64,000 nt of DNA from Raillietiella orientalis. Lineage: Eukaryota. A program made the position numbers and the translations under genes. This document shows, in pieces, positions 50,746 through 61,371 of this stretch; the stretch's first letter is position 1; every line of letters begins with the position of its first letter. The notes under the pieces are model-generated. The model was not told the DNA's origin. It made no database searches and was given only the letters and a program-made list of their open reading frames with translations. The stretch is taken from contig JAYWIR010000005.1 of assembly GCA_036172245.1 (NCBI GenBank), positions 2,728,001-2,792,000 on the forward strand, written 5' to 3'.

Positions 50746-51548
50746 GTGAAGAAGGAAAGTCACACCAAGCATGCTTGGAGGCTGCTGGAAGTGCGGCGCG
50801 TTTCCCTCGCAATGGTGCTCGGCAATAAACTACAAAAAGGAATGGCCGGCATCAAAATGATGTCAACATCGGATCTCTCGACAGTAGCGCTGGAACTAGT
50901 TCCATCGATTATCCAAAGAGTGGATACAATGGCCCGTCCAATGGCCTAGTCAATTCCAAGATAGAACTTCAGGGCGTTTCGGAGGGATCACTTTCGGAAG
51001 GTTCAAATCTTCCAGGCAAAATTTTGATTCCTGTGATTTGACTCCTGTTCCTTTTAATTCCCGTTTATTTGATACGCATTCATTCAATTTGGGGGCGTTG
51101 AGTATTTTATTTTATTTTCTCTGCCTGGAGAGTCACCGTTAACGGGCATTTTCGATGTAGAAACACCACACGCTCATTTTGACCGAAATGTGGGGGCCCT
51201 TGCTTCTTCGGCTGAAGTTTTCCCACCTGGAAACCGCAATCAGCAGCCCACTTCCAGCTTGTGGCACAAGGTGCCGTGTGTCAGACCCTAAGGAACTGGG
51301 TTCCCTGATGTCCTTTCCGAGGAGCCAGCGAAAGACAGGAACGAGGTAGCGCTGGAGGACCGAACCCAACTGAAATGAACACCCGCGGGAATATTCCGGA
51401 AGCATTTCCTCCGTTTATTGAGACAGAATGGGCAACGCCCGACACCTCATGCGAGAAAAGCTCAGATGCTGCTTCTTCTGAGGAGCAGCCAGTACGGGTT
51501 CCTCAGACGAGCCAGAATCTTTTCGAAATCTGCCACGGAATACTGGAA

Positions 51549-51845
51549 AACTCTCACGAGTGCGGAGCTGCTGATTGTGTGGCAGTAGTTACTGGCGATG
51601 CAAGTGAAGATGGTGTTGTCGACGATCGACGGCTTATGAACGACCAAGGAGGCGACCCCATGGCGAAACGTCATGTCGCACTGATGGGGGTCCACGCGCA
51701 CCAGAGTGCCGTTCCTCAGCCACTTGATGGAGCAGCTCTCTTTTCCTGTTTGCAAAACGCAAATGAGCTTCACCGTGGATTTCGGTGGTATGACCTGGTC
51801 GTGCAAGGGGATGACGAAGCGCAGTTCGCTGTCCCATTCGTCATC
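51549..51845 (-). CDS. Immunoglobulin I-set domain exon
   Basis: Acceptor CTCCTTTTAG at 51846. Translation LRFVIPLHDQVIPPKSTVKLICVL...IKWLRNG...GVASLVV...FTCIASN...SSSALVRV shows the I-set pattern (F..PL.D, L.C, W.RNG, TC.ASN) of titin/obscurin-type domains. Confidence 0.9.
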
Positions 51846-53348
51846 CTAAAAGGAGAACGCAACATCCAGCGAAGAATAGATGCAAACCAAACAGAATTGT
51901 GTCTCAAAGCGAAGCAGGAAGCAGGCAGCGCCCGACGAAAATTTTGAAAAAAACCGCGTACCTGGCCGCACACTCAGAAAGGTGTCTTTAGTCTCCAGAC
52001 GATGAAAGCGGACATCAGCATCCTTGGTGATGCACGGAAAAATTTTCTTTTTAGCAATTCTTCAAGATGAGGTTTCCGAGCCTTTGTGGAGATCCGCGAC
52101 AGAGACCACAGCCTATTGGACATCTTCTATTCAACCATCCTTTCATCATGACTGAAGCGAATATCAAAGACTTCAAATCCAAGTGTCCTAATCGCATTAA
52201 GCATGCCGTTTTGATTGCCTGAATGCACCGTAATCATCTCGGAAGGACGCACCCTAATGCGCTCTTCCGACTTACTGTTTTCCCTTCAAGATACACATCG
52301 CCCCCATTGAATGACGTCTTGATCTCGTTCGGGTACTCTTCTCTAATCATGCAGCTTCATTTTCCAATTCTCAGTGCAGATAACTGGTTTTACATCTCTA
52401 CTCGAGCGATCTTTGGAGAGTTCCCATGCTGAACATGCGGACGTTCCCTATTTGACTTGATTTTAGCAAGCCTGGTAAAGTCAAGTCAAATAGGGAACCC
52501 TTGAATGAAAGCCTGAATTTTAGACTCCATCAATGCCTTTAGAAATTCTGCAATCAAAAGCTGCCCAGGAGCCATTTGGTCCTTGTGCACAGTATGGATT
52601 CTGAAATCTTGTCCGTTTTCAACGCAGCAGCTGTGAGTCCAGCTGCTGCGTTGAACTGAGAGGTGTCCGCCATGAAAGCCATCTTAAGCAAATACGCTTG
52701 CTTCTCGCTGCCAGATTTTTCCTTCCTTCCAGGAAGGCCTCTTGGAAAATGCCTTATGAACGCTAGAGTTGTATAATCCGTCGACAGGATCCTCAACATC
52801 GCTGCCAGTCAGGTCGAGTCTTCTGAGGAGCGCCATCGTGGTCCGGGCGATAAACCTCGCCTCTGACTTTCCTGCATTTTCTCACGTTTAGCGGCACAGT
52901 TTCGGGAAATTTTCGTCGGGCTGGTCTGTTCTGTCAGAGTGGTCTGCTTCTGTGTTTCCAGCAGTGATTAGACGAAACAAGGGGAAGGAATCATCTTCAG
53001 GTTCCCTCGCTGTGAGAAAAGTTTCCCCGTTTTTTCCATCCTTGACACGTGCCTCTTTCGGAGGTTTTAGAAGCGCAGCTTATCAGAGCCAAAGGGATTG
53101 CCGAGAGAAAGACAAAGAGAAATTAGTCAAAGAGGCAAACGGTCGCCAAGTACAGAAAGCATTTCGTGGAGAAGAGAAGTTGGGACATTCTGAAGTTCGT
53201 ATCCTGTGCTAAGAAATTTCCCATGTTCTGGATGGTCTCACATGTGTCTCCAATACATCTTCGGCCATAAGAGCACCCTGTTCGTGTAACTCTTGAGAAT
53301 ACCAAGGGAGGACAAAAGCCAGGAATGCTGATGTTAGAATGAGCTCAC

Positions 53349-53437
53349 CCAGAAATTTCTTGCTTGGGAGTGGTTGCATCTTCCTGCTGATCCCGCCCTG
53401 CGAAGCGTCCGAAAGGAAGAAGGAGACATAAGAGAGT
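53349..53437 (-). CDS. Small internal exon (DSLMSPSSFRTLRRAGSAGRCNHSQARNFW)
   Basis: Flanked by a TTCAG acceptor and a TGG|GTGAGC donor. It is open in the phase inherited from the giant exon, and a 71-nt intron follows to the acceptor at 53278. Confidence 0.6.
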
Positions 53438-53512
53438 CTGAATCAAGATTCCATACGTTCAGAGAAACTTCTAGAAATCAGAATGTAAGTTAGAAATCTT
53501 TGAAAAATTTAC

Positions 53513-54700
53513 CATTAAAATCATTCAGATGAACAGGAGGTGGCATCAAAGGGTGGAAGCCATCAGCCCAGTTTCCACATCTGTTTGCTTTCCAGTGAGC
53601 CGTTTTCCTCGAATCAGAGAACAAACCACTTCTGTGTCTCTCTGTCCAGTGTTCACTCTTAAGCATGCCCCTGTGGCCAGCAGTAAGCAGGTTCGCCATT
53701 TGCGTGCAGCCCATGAGGCTGCTGGATTTCTCTTTCGCCAGTTTGGAAAATCGAGTCGCATTCCTGGAGATGGAAGTGGATTTTTCCGCCGTGGAAGTTC
53801 TAAAGGAATCCAATGCATTGTCAGCCCTTTCCAGGAAAGAAAAAGTCTTTGCTAGTCTGTCATCCCTGTGATAGGAGGATGTGACTTCATTACAAAGATA
53901 CGGATTTCCTTTAGTAAACTCAGAGGGGTTCTCATCTGGAGAAGTGAGTGAAACTTCGAGGAGGAAGTGCTTTGGGGAGCATTCATCTTTGGTGAAGGAT
54001 GAACGTCTGCCAGCTCTTCGAGAGTCTCTTCCAAAAGAGAAAGAGGAACAAGGAAAGGGCTCTGATTTTCTGTAGAGCTCTCTTGATCTCCGACATTTCA
54101 GGTTGTCTTCAAGAGGCGACTTCGTCCATTTCTGAGCATCCTGAAAACGGAGATGGTTTCCACCATCGAAATTTCTTGAAGTGTTCCAGCGGCTACTCTC
54201 ATCGGGGACGAATGAAAGCGCTCCAGAATCTGACCTGGAGCACTTCAGAGATCTCTTCACAGCAGTGGTCTGGAACTCTTGCGAAGTTCCCAGCATGCTC
54301 CTCGCATAATTAGCATCTCCGAATTTCATGGATGTCAGAGAGAAGTTCTGTCTCTCTACAAACGCACGAAATGGCCTTGAAGTCGCCACGTCGTCTGCTC
54401 CCAGAGCTAGTCGATGGTGCGTGAGTGTATTTCTGGGACAAAGAGTGACCTCCTTAATGTCGTCTTCGTTCACTTGGTAGCCTTTAAGGCAATCCCCATC
54501 AAAGGGTGAGTGAGTGCGTTCTTCTAGAATGCTTTTCTCGACAGTTCTATCCGCGTCTGCTTTCAGATTGTCTTGTTCGTTCTCCAGCATCTTCACATCA
54601 ACGTAAGACATTTCGATATCATTGACTGGCAGCTCTGAAAGAGAGATTCCTGCAGTTTGCTGAGCCCGTTTTTTAACAGTGCCTACCATAATCAGCTCCC
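53513..54700 (-). CDS. Giant exon segment 4, Ser-rich region ending at a splice donor
   Basis: ORF 53490..54689 (399 aa) overlaps the end of segment 3 in the +1 frame. Donor AATG|GTAAAT at 53513/53512 is followed by a 75-nt intron ending TTCAG at 53438. Confidence 0.75.
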
Positions 54701-57700
54701 CGCCTCCTTTCCGCTAAGTCCACGTGTTTGCTCATAAAATTCTCGGAACGAACGCATCCACTGTGTGTCCGTGCGAGCTGTCCAGCCTCGCTTGCGGGTG
54801 GGGATGCTGTGTTCGAAACTTCGATGCCAAATTGCGACATACCGGAAGGAGAAATCGCCTCATTTTCATCAGCACCGTGGCTCTCGCGCCAACGGCCCTC
54901 GGCACCATGCAGGATCTTCCGCTCTGCGTCGGAGTGCAGAAGCAACTCATTGACACCATCTTCTAACACGCTGTCATTCGCTGTCAACGACATTTCCTTG
55001 ACAGATTTCACATGGAAGTGTTGAGAGCTCCAGCTGGACATGCCATCTGAAAGCGACAGCGCTTCGTTTTCCTCATCTCTTTTGCTTCCGCTTTCATCCG
55101 TGGAAGCAACAGGAGGTGTTCGTGCCTGCGACATTGCTGTTTTCTCAAAATTAGATGGAAGAGATTTCCTCCGTTTTCTGTTCACAGGTTCCTCGCAAGC
55201 AGAATGAGCAATTTCGTTCTCAGCGTGTTGTGGAATCTCGTTCGCGCACAAAATTGAAACACGAGGCATGTCATCTGGATAATGCGTTTCAATCTCGAGA
55301 TTTTTATGATTAATTCCTGGCTTTTTCACTTCAATCATCTCTGCACCTGATCTGTGTACTTTGCATGTACAGTCCTTCTCAACAGTGTTATTTATACAAT
55401 AGTCGCAAGCATCAGCAATTGACACTCCTTCAGAGTTTTCTATGGATTCCTGGATTAATCCACTCGTTCTCCCCATTGAGTAAACATCCTCATGAATTAT
55501 ACTATTTTCTTCAGCATTTTTAGAACTACTACTTTTTAGAACCAGTACTTCACAACAAGGACTTTGTTCCTCTAAGGACTGTTCGCTCATATGCGATGGT
55601 CCGGTGCACACAATGTCATGTTCCAAATGTGTAGGATAGCACACATCTGTGTAAAGTATTCCTATTTGTGAAAACTCTTGAATTTCCTCCCTGCATTGTG
55701 ATACTTCAGCGTTTGAGAAATCCGGAAGGTCGTAATCCTCTAGCTTCAAAAGCGATGTCGTTTCAGAAAAATCATAATCACAGACCATTTGCTTACTTGT
55801 ACTCTCATCGAAGTTGCTTTCACAGCCAAAATAGCCAAGTGCAACAGCGTCACCGGCATCATAATCCGAGGTCATTTCTCCACCTCCTTGACCTTTAAAG
55901 CTTTCTCTGGAAGCTGAACACATAGGTGAATCAACACCAATGTGATCCTGGCCCGAGATCATTTCTTCTCTTCCATTCACCTTCAGGTCTTTAGCGGAAG
56001 AATGGACATCTTCTGCAACCTCATTGTAATCCTGGTCTGAAATCATGTCTTCGCTTTCATGCTTCTTGAGGTCTTCTTTGCAGAAACCATGGCCATGTAC
56101 TGCGCCGCCAATGTGATCCTGATCCGAGGTTATTTCTTCGTTTCCATGCGTCTTCAGATCTTCTTCATCAGCAGGATGGTCAGCAGCAGCAACAACAATA
56201 TTATCCTGGCCCGAAGTCATTTCTTCGCTTGCATGTTTCTTCAAATCTTCTTTGAGGGCAACAAGATGAGCTGCTGAAGAGCCAATGTAACCCTGTTCCG
56301 AGTTCATTTCTTCGCTTGCATGCACCTTCAGATCATCTTTTGGGGTAGGATCGACAATCTCTGCAACGTCTATACGATCGTAGTCCAAGATCATTTCTTC
56401 TCTTGCATGCTGCCTTAGGTTCTCTTCAGAGAGGCTATGGCTAAAAGCAGAAACGTCCATGTAACTCTGGTAGGAAGTCATTTCTTCGCTTGCATGTTTC
56501 TTGAAGTCTTCTTTGGAGGCACCAAGTTCAGCTGCTGGAGTGCCCATGTGACCTTGTTCCGAGGTCCTTTCTCCTCTTTCCTGAGTCTTCAAGTCTTCTT
56601 TGACAGAAGGATCGCCAGGTTGAGCAACGCCAACGTGATCCTGAACCGAGGTCAACTCCTCTCTTCCATGTTCCTTGATGTCTTCTTTACCGGAATCGAG
56701 ACCGGGTGCTGCTGCAACGCCAATATGATCCTGATCAGAGTCCATCTCTTTGCTTGCATACTGCTTGAAGTGTTCTTTAAGCAGAGGATGTCCAGATTTA
56801 AGAGTGCCCATGTTATCATGGTCCGAGATCATTTCTTTGCTTTTATGTTTCCTGAGATCCTCCTTAGGGAAGTCATAATCAGCCTCTGCAGCGCCAATGT
56901 GATCTTGTTCTGAGATCCTTTCTTCGATTCCAAGCACCCTCAGATTCCCTTTAGCGAAAGGATGTCCAGGTGCTGCAACGTTAATCTTATTCGGATCCGA
57001 GACAGTTTCTTCGCTTCCATGTTGCCTGAGGTCCTCTTTACAGAGACCATGACCAGTTATTTCATCTCCAATATGATGCTGTTCCGAGGTCATTTCTTGT
57101 GCATGCACCTTGAGATCTTGCTTGGCAGAAGGATGGTCAATAGTAAAAACATTAATACGATTCTCATCCGGAGGTATTTCTTTTGCATTCTTCTTCAGGT
57201 CTTCGTTAACGTGAGGATGGCCAGATGCTGCAGCGTCTATGTGATCCTGCACTGAGGTTATTTCTTCGCTTCCATGATTCTTCAGGTACTCGTGGGGTTC
57301 ACCAAGGTCAGCTGATGCGGAGCCGATTTGATCCTGTTCCGAAGTGGTTTCTTTGCTTGCATGCACCTTCAGGTCGTCTTTTGTGGTATGATAGGCAATT
57401 GCTGCAATGCCATTGTGATTATGGTCCGAAATCATGTCTTCGCTTGCATGATGCTTGAGATCCTCTTTAGGGACACGATGTTTAGAAACGGGAACGCCCA
57501 TGTGATCCTTATCCGATGTTATTTCTTTGCTTCTTTGCTCTTTCAGGTCTTTAGGAACAGGATAGTGAGCTGCTGCTGCGCTAATCTGACCCTGTTCCGA
57601 GGTCCTTTCTTCGCTTTCATGCAGCTTCAGGTCCTCGTTAGGAGAAGGATGGTCAGGTTGAGCAGCGCCGATGTGGTCTTGATCTGAGGTTATTTCTTCG

Positions 57701-60700
57701 CTTGCCTGCTCCATTAGGTATTCTTCAATGGAAGGATGGTCAGTTGCAGCAAACCCAATGTTGTTCGGGACCGAGGCTATTTCTTCGTATCCATGCTTTT
57801 TGAGGTCTTCTTTAGGGGCGTGGTGGTCAGCAGAAGAAACGCCAAGGTGATCCTGTTCTGAGGTCCTTTCTACTCTTCCATCCATCTTCAGGTCATCTAT
57901 TGGGGTAGGGGGGTCAGCTGTTGGAATGCCGGTGCTACCTTCTTCCGAGATCATGCCTTCGCTACTATGCTTCTTCAGGTCCTCTTCAATGAAAGGATGG
58001 GTAGGTGCTGCAATGCCAATTTGATACTGGTCTGAGATCATCTCTTCTCTTGCATACACTTTGGGATCTTGTTTAGCAGAAGGATGGTCAGCAGTAGAAA
58101 CTTTAGTAGGATCCTGATCCGAGGTTCCTTCTATACTTGCATGCTTCCTCAGGTCGTTTTTAGCTAAAGGATGACTAATTTCTAAAACGTCAATATGATC
58201 CTGGACTGAGGTCATTTCTTTGATTTCATGCACTTTTAAATAGTCTGTTGGAATAGAATGATCAGCTACTGGAACGCCAATGTGATTTTGGTCAGAGATC
58301 ATTTGTTCTATTGTCTGGTCTTTCAGTTCGTCTGTTGGGGTAAGGGGGTCAGTTGTTGGAATGCCAATGTAACCTTGTTCTGAGATCACGTCTTCGCTAC
58401 TATGCACCTTCAGGTCCTCTTTTGTGGAAGAATGGGTAGTTGCTACAATACCAATTCGATCCTGGTCTGAGATCATCTCTTCTCTTGTATGTACCTTGGG
58501 ATCTTGTCTAGCAGAAGGATGATCAAGAATAGAAACTCCAGTAGGATCCTGGTCCGAGGTTCCTTGTTCGCTTGCATGCTTCCTCAGGTCTATTCTATGT
58601 GTAACATGGTCACCTGTTGCAACGCAAGTGTGCTCTTGATCTGAAGGGATTTCTTTGCTTGTATTTTTTCTGAAGTCTTCTTCATATACAAGATGGTCAG
58701 CTTCAGCAACGTCAATATGATCCTGGTTGGAGGTCCTGTCTTCGCTTCCATTGTTCTCGGTATCTTTAGGGACACAATGGTCGAGTGCTAAAATGCCAAT
58801 GTGACCCTGGTCGGAAGTCATTTCTTTGCTTGCTTGCATCTTGAAGCCTTCTTTAACGGAAGCTTGGTCAGCTGCTGTAACACTAATGTGATCTTGATCC
58901 GAGGTTATTCCTTGGTTTCCATACTTTTTCTGTTCTTTATTGGGAGTAGGATATTCAGGTTGTTCAACGTCAATATGGTCCTTTTCAGAATTCATTTCTT
59001 TGCTTCCAAGTTCCTTCAGATCCTTTTTATGAGCAGGTTGGTAAGCAGCAGAAAAGTGGCTATGATCCTCATCGGAGGTGATTTCATCTTTTGCAGACAT
59101 CTTGAGTTCGTCTTTTGGGACACAATGGTCAATTGCTTCAACTGCTTCAATGTCAGTGTTATTCAGGTGCGAAGTCATTTCTTTGCTTGCATGCTCCTGC
59201 AGCTGTTCCTCTTGAGGAGCAGGATAACAGGATGCTGCAGCTCCAATGGCACCATGATCCGAACCCCTCTCTTCGCCACTATGCTCTTTGAGGCTGTCTT
59301 TAGGGACCGGAGGGCTGGATGCTTGAATGAGAATGGCGGAATGCTGTGAAGTCACCTCTTCATTTGCGTGTTTCTCGAGGTGAAATTCATCATCTTCTTG
59401 TTGCATTGTCAACCATTGTGAATTTCCTTGATTTCTGTCTGAGGTAGAAGGTACTTGTTGTTGATGCTCTTTCATCTCTTTGACATCCCTTCGGACTCTG
59501 GCCTTTTCGACGCTTTTCACCACGTCCCACTCCGGCTGGATGTCAGTTTGCATCCCTTTGTTCTCTGGACGAAAGATTTGTGCTTCTTCCTGAGAGCGTT
59601 CGCTTATAGCAGGAACCGCTGCGTCGGAGCTTCCTGCGGATTCCTGCTCCTTTTCTCCTGCTGTTGCAGACGCTTCCACTCCTGCTACAGCCGCGTGCCT
59701 AATCTCGCAGCCCTTCCGTAGGTCGCTCAAGGGTCCTTTCATTTCCCAAATGTTGGCTTCTTCCGCTGTTTCTGCTACTGAGCTCGGAATTTCCGTATAG
59801 AACATTCCTCTCTTGACTGCGCTCCAGATTTCCGTATCCATGGAGGCGGCACTTTCCGTGCAGCTCCCTTCAAGCTGCTTATGATCCTCTGCGTTCTTGT
59901 CATCATTTGTTGCGGGAGCAGCCGTGACCGCCTCTCCTGGGTATTCCGCAGATGTTCGAGCGATGCACGAAATTGAATCCTCTGGAAGCTCCATCTCTTG
60001 TGAGTGGCGCTCTGTCACCTTTTGCATCGCGTCGGAATCCCAAGATTCGCCTGTGACTGGGGCTGCGCCCGCGGATTTGCTGCTGTTCTCTGAGCTGCAG
60101 TAGAAGCGCGCGTTGCATGGAGGAGCTAAATGGTCGGCGTTTTCGTCACCTATCCTGGTAGCATCTTTGTTTTGCGGCGACGAACCGACCCCACTGCTGA
60201 GTCTAGCCTGCATTCCAGAAGATGGTGGGATTCTCTCCGATGTCTCAACGCCTTCATCCTCGGTTCTTTCCTCAGATTGATCGGTGGGACGAACTGATTT
60301 TTGGTACTCTACTCTTGATAAATGGGATGGAAATTCCGTTGTTTCAAAGTCGGTCCCGCGACAACACTCCTGTTCCGCGGAGATCTTCTCTACGCCTTGG
60401 ATTGGGCACCTGAGTTCCTGGATCAACACCCCGTGGTTAACCTCTCGCGCAGAGGTCGGTAGAGTCTCCTCTTTCTCAGTCATGGATATGTTCGCCACGC
60501 GCTCGACTCCATCTTCGAGGACGTGGAAGACTTCGTGCTGACAAGACAGATCTGCTTGCTTCCCATTGGCGTTCTCCTGAACTCGAGACACTCGTCTTCT
60601 GTCCTCCTCCAGCAGCCCAGGGTCCTCATCGGCCTCGTATGCGCCGCACTCCTGCTGGTCAAGGTCGTATTCACCGCAGACGCCGGGAAGAATCTTCTGT

Positions 60701-61371
60701 GGGGATCCTGGTAAGTCGCCGATGCCACCGGACGGCACTGAACCGCCAGGACGCGCCGCTTCTCCCTCACCAGCTGCGACGTCGGGCATCAGACGGACGC
60801 GCTGGAGGACGGCGCCATCCGTAGGGATATCTTCCCTCGATGCTCGTCTAGAGCGCTCTGAGCTTTGGTTGCCGTCGGCAGGGTGGCTGCGGGAGTTCTG
60901 CGCTTTATCAGCTCCTTTGCCGGCGCTCGCTGCTAGCAACTCCTCAACGGAGCCACAAGTCGGGGCATCATGCCAGACATCCTCGGCGTCGCAAGGGTGG
61001 CCTGCCGCTGATTCATGCGGGCCGTTCCCGCGGTAGTCGATGGCACACTCCTGCTCTGCGGCATCTTCCTCGCCGTTCTTGTCGCGAGTGACACACAGGG
61101 AAAGGGAAAAAAGAGACCCCTCTTTCCCAGTTGGGTCTCCAGGGGTCTCTATGCCTTCGGCGGAGCTCCCAGCAATCTCCAGGAAGGTCTCTCCTTCCAC
61201 GTCGCTGCCTCCCGCATTATCCTTCCCAGGACGGAGGTCTGGAGGGGGTATTGGCTCCTGCATCGGAAGGATGTCCTCTTCCCCCCCATTGCTTCTGCCA
61301 AAGGTGCCTGAGGAGGGACGTCGCGGTCGCTTGGCACAGTCTTCGGATGACAACTCAGGAGTCATGCTCAC
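54673..61371 (-). CDS. Giant exon segment 3: uninterrupted 2232-codon ORF containing a 29-aa His/Asp/Glu-rich tandem repeat array
   Basis: 6.7 kb without a stop codon; unit-length variants within the repeat array all preserve frame. Confidence 0.92.
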   Translation of the reverse strand: MSMTPELSSEDCAKRPRRPSSGTFGRSNGGEEDILPMQEPIPPPDLRPGKDNAGGSDVEGETFLEIAGSSAEGIETPGDPTGKEGSLFSLSLCVTRDKNGEEDAAEQECAIDYRGNGPHESAAGHPCDAEDVWHDAPTCGSVEELLAASAGKGADKAQNSRSHPADGNQSSERSRRASREDIPTDGAVLQRVRLMPDVAAGEGEAARPGGSVPSGGIGDLPGSPQKILPGVCGEYDLDQQECGAYEADEDPGLLEEDRRRVSRVQENANGKQADLSCQHEVFHVLEDGVERVANISMTEKEETLPTSAREVNHGVLIQELRCPIQGVEKISAEQECCRGTDFETTEFPSHLSRVEYQKSVRPTDQSEERTEDEGVETSERIPPSSGMQARLSSGVGSSPQNKDATRIGDENADHLAPPCNARFYCSSENSSKSAGAAPVTGESWDSDAMQKVTERHSQEMELPEDSISCIARTSAEYPGEAVTAAPATNDDKNAEDHKQLEGSCTESAASMDTEIWSAVKRGMFYTEIPSSVAETAEEANIWEMKGPLSDLRKGCEIRHAAVAGVEASATAGEKEQESAGSSDAAVPAISERSQEEAQIFRPENKGMQTDIQPEWDVVKSVEKARVRRDVKEMKEHQQQVPSTSDRNQGNSQWLTMQQEDDEFHLEKHANEEVTSQHSAILIQASSPPVPKDSLKEHSGEERGSDHGAIGAAASCYPAPQEEQLQEHASKEMTSHLNNTDIEAVEAIDHCVPKDELKMSAKDEITSDEDHSHFSAAYQPAHKKDLKELGSKEMNSEKDHIDVEQPEYPTPNKEQKKYGNQGITSDQDHISVTAADQASVKEGFKMQASKEMTSDQGHIGILALDHCVPKDTENNGSEDRTSNQDHIDVAEADHLVYEEDFRKNTSKEIPSDQEHTCVATGDHVTHRIDLRKHASEQGTSDQDPTGVSILDHPSARQDPKVHTREEMISDQDRIGIVATTHSSTKEDLKVHSSEDVISEQGYIGIPTTDPLTPTDELKDQTIEQMISDQNHIGVPVADHSIPTDYLKVHEIKEMTSVQDHIDVLEISHPLAKNDLRKHASIEGTSDQDPTKVSTADHPSAKQDPKVYAREEMISDQYQIGIAAPTHPFIEEDLKKHSSEGMISEEGSTGIPTADPPTPIDDLKMDGRVERTSEQDHLGVSSADHHAPKEDLKKHGYEEIASVPNNIGFAATDHPSIEEYLMEQASEEITSDQDHIGAAQPDHPSPNEDLKLHESEERTSEQGQISAAAAHYPVPKDLKEQRSKEITSDKDHMGVPVSKHRVPKEDLKHHASEDMISDHNHNGIAAIAYHTTKDDLKVHASKETTSEQDQIGSASADLGEPHEYLKNHGSEEITSVQDHIDAAASGHPHVNEDLKKNAKEIPPDENRINVFTIDHPSAKQDLKVHAQEMTSEQHHIGDEITGHGLCKEDLRQHGSEETVSDPNKINVAAPGHPFAKGNLRVLGIEERISEQDHIGAAEADYDFPKEDLRKHKSKEMISDHDNMGTLKSGHPLLKEHFKQYASKEMDSDQDHIGVAAAPGLDSGKEDIKEHGREELTSVQDHVGVAQPGDPSVKEDLKTQERGERTSEQGHMGTPAAELGASKEDFKKHASEEMTSYQSYMDVSAFSHSLSEENLRQHAREEMILDYDRIDVAEIVDPTPKDDLKVHASEEMNSEQGYIGSSAAHLVALKEDLKKHASEEMTSGQDNIVVAAADHPADEEDLKTHGNEEITSDQDHIGGAVHGHGFCKEDLKKHESEDMISDQDYNEVAEDVHSSAKDLKVNGREEMISGQDHIGVDSPMCSASRESFKGQGGGEMTSDYDAGDAVALGYFGCESNFDESTSKQMVCDYDFSETTSLLKLEDYDLPDFSNAEVSQCREEIQEFSQIGILYTDVCYPTHLEHDIVCTGPSHMSEQSLEEQSPCCEVLVLKSSSSKNAEENSIIHEDVYSMGRTSGLIQESIENSEGVSIADACDYCINNTVEKDCTCKVHRSGAEMIEVKKPGINHKNLEIETHYPDDMPRVSILCANEIPQHAENEIAHSACEEPVNRKRRKSLPSNFEKTAMSQARTPPVASTDESGSKRDEENEALSLSDGMSSWSSQHFHVKSVKEMSLTANDSVLEDGVNELLLHSDAERKILHGAEGRWRESHGADENEAISPSGMSQFGIEVSNTASPPASEAGQLARTHSGCVRSENFMSKHVDLAERRRGADYGRHC
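55770..59390 (-). repeat. Coding tandem array, 87-bp (29-aa) unit, ~41 diverged copies; consensus approx. EDLKxHxSEEMTSDQDHIGVAAxDHPxxK
   Basis: Units counted in the translation. The plus-strand motif TCATTTCTTC(G/T)CTTGCATG recurs every 87 bp around 56217, 56304, 56391 and 56478. Confidence 0.95.

Noticed and set aside
56059..59349. Plus-strand hydrophobic repeat ORFs (e.g. 56437..56913, 58801..59349)
   Set aside because: Antisense shadows of the minus-strand repeat ORF.
55770..59390. CRISPR-like or non-coding satellite reading of the 87-bp periodicity
   Set aside because: No invariant repeat with unique spacers and no cas genes; variation respects the codon frame.
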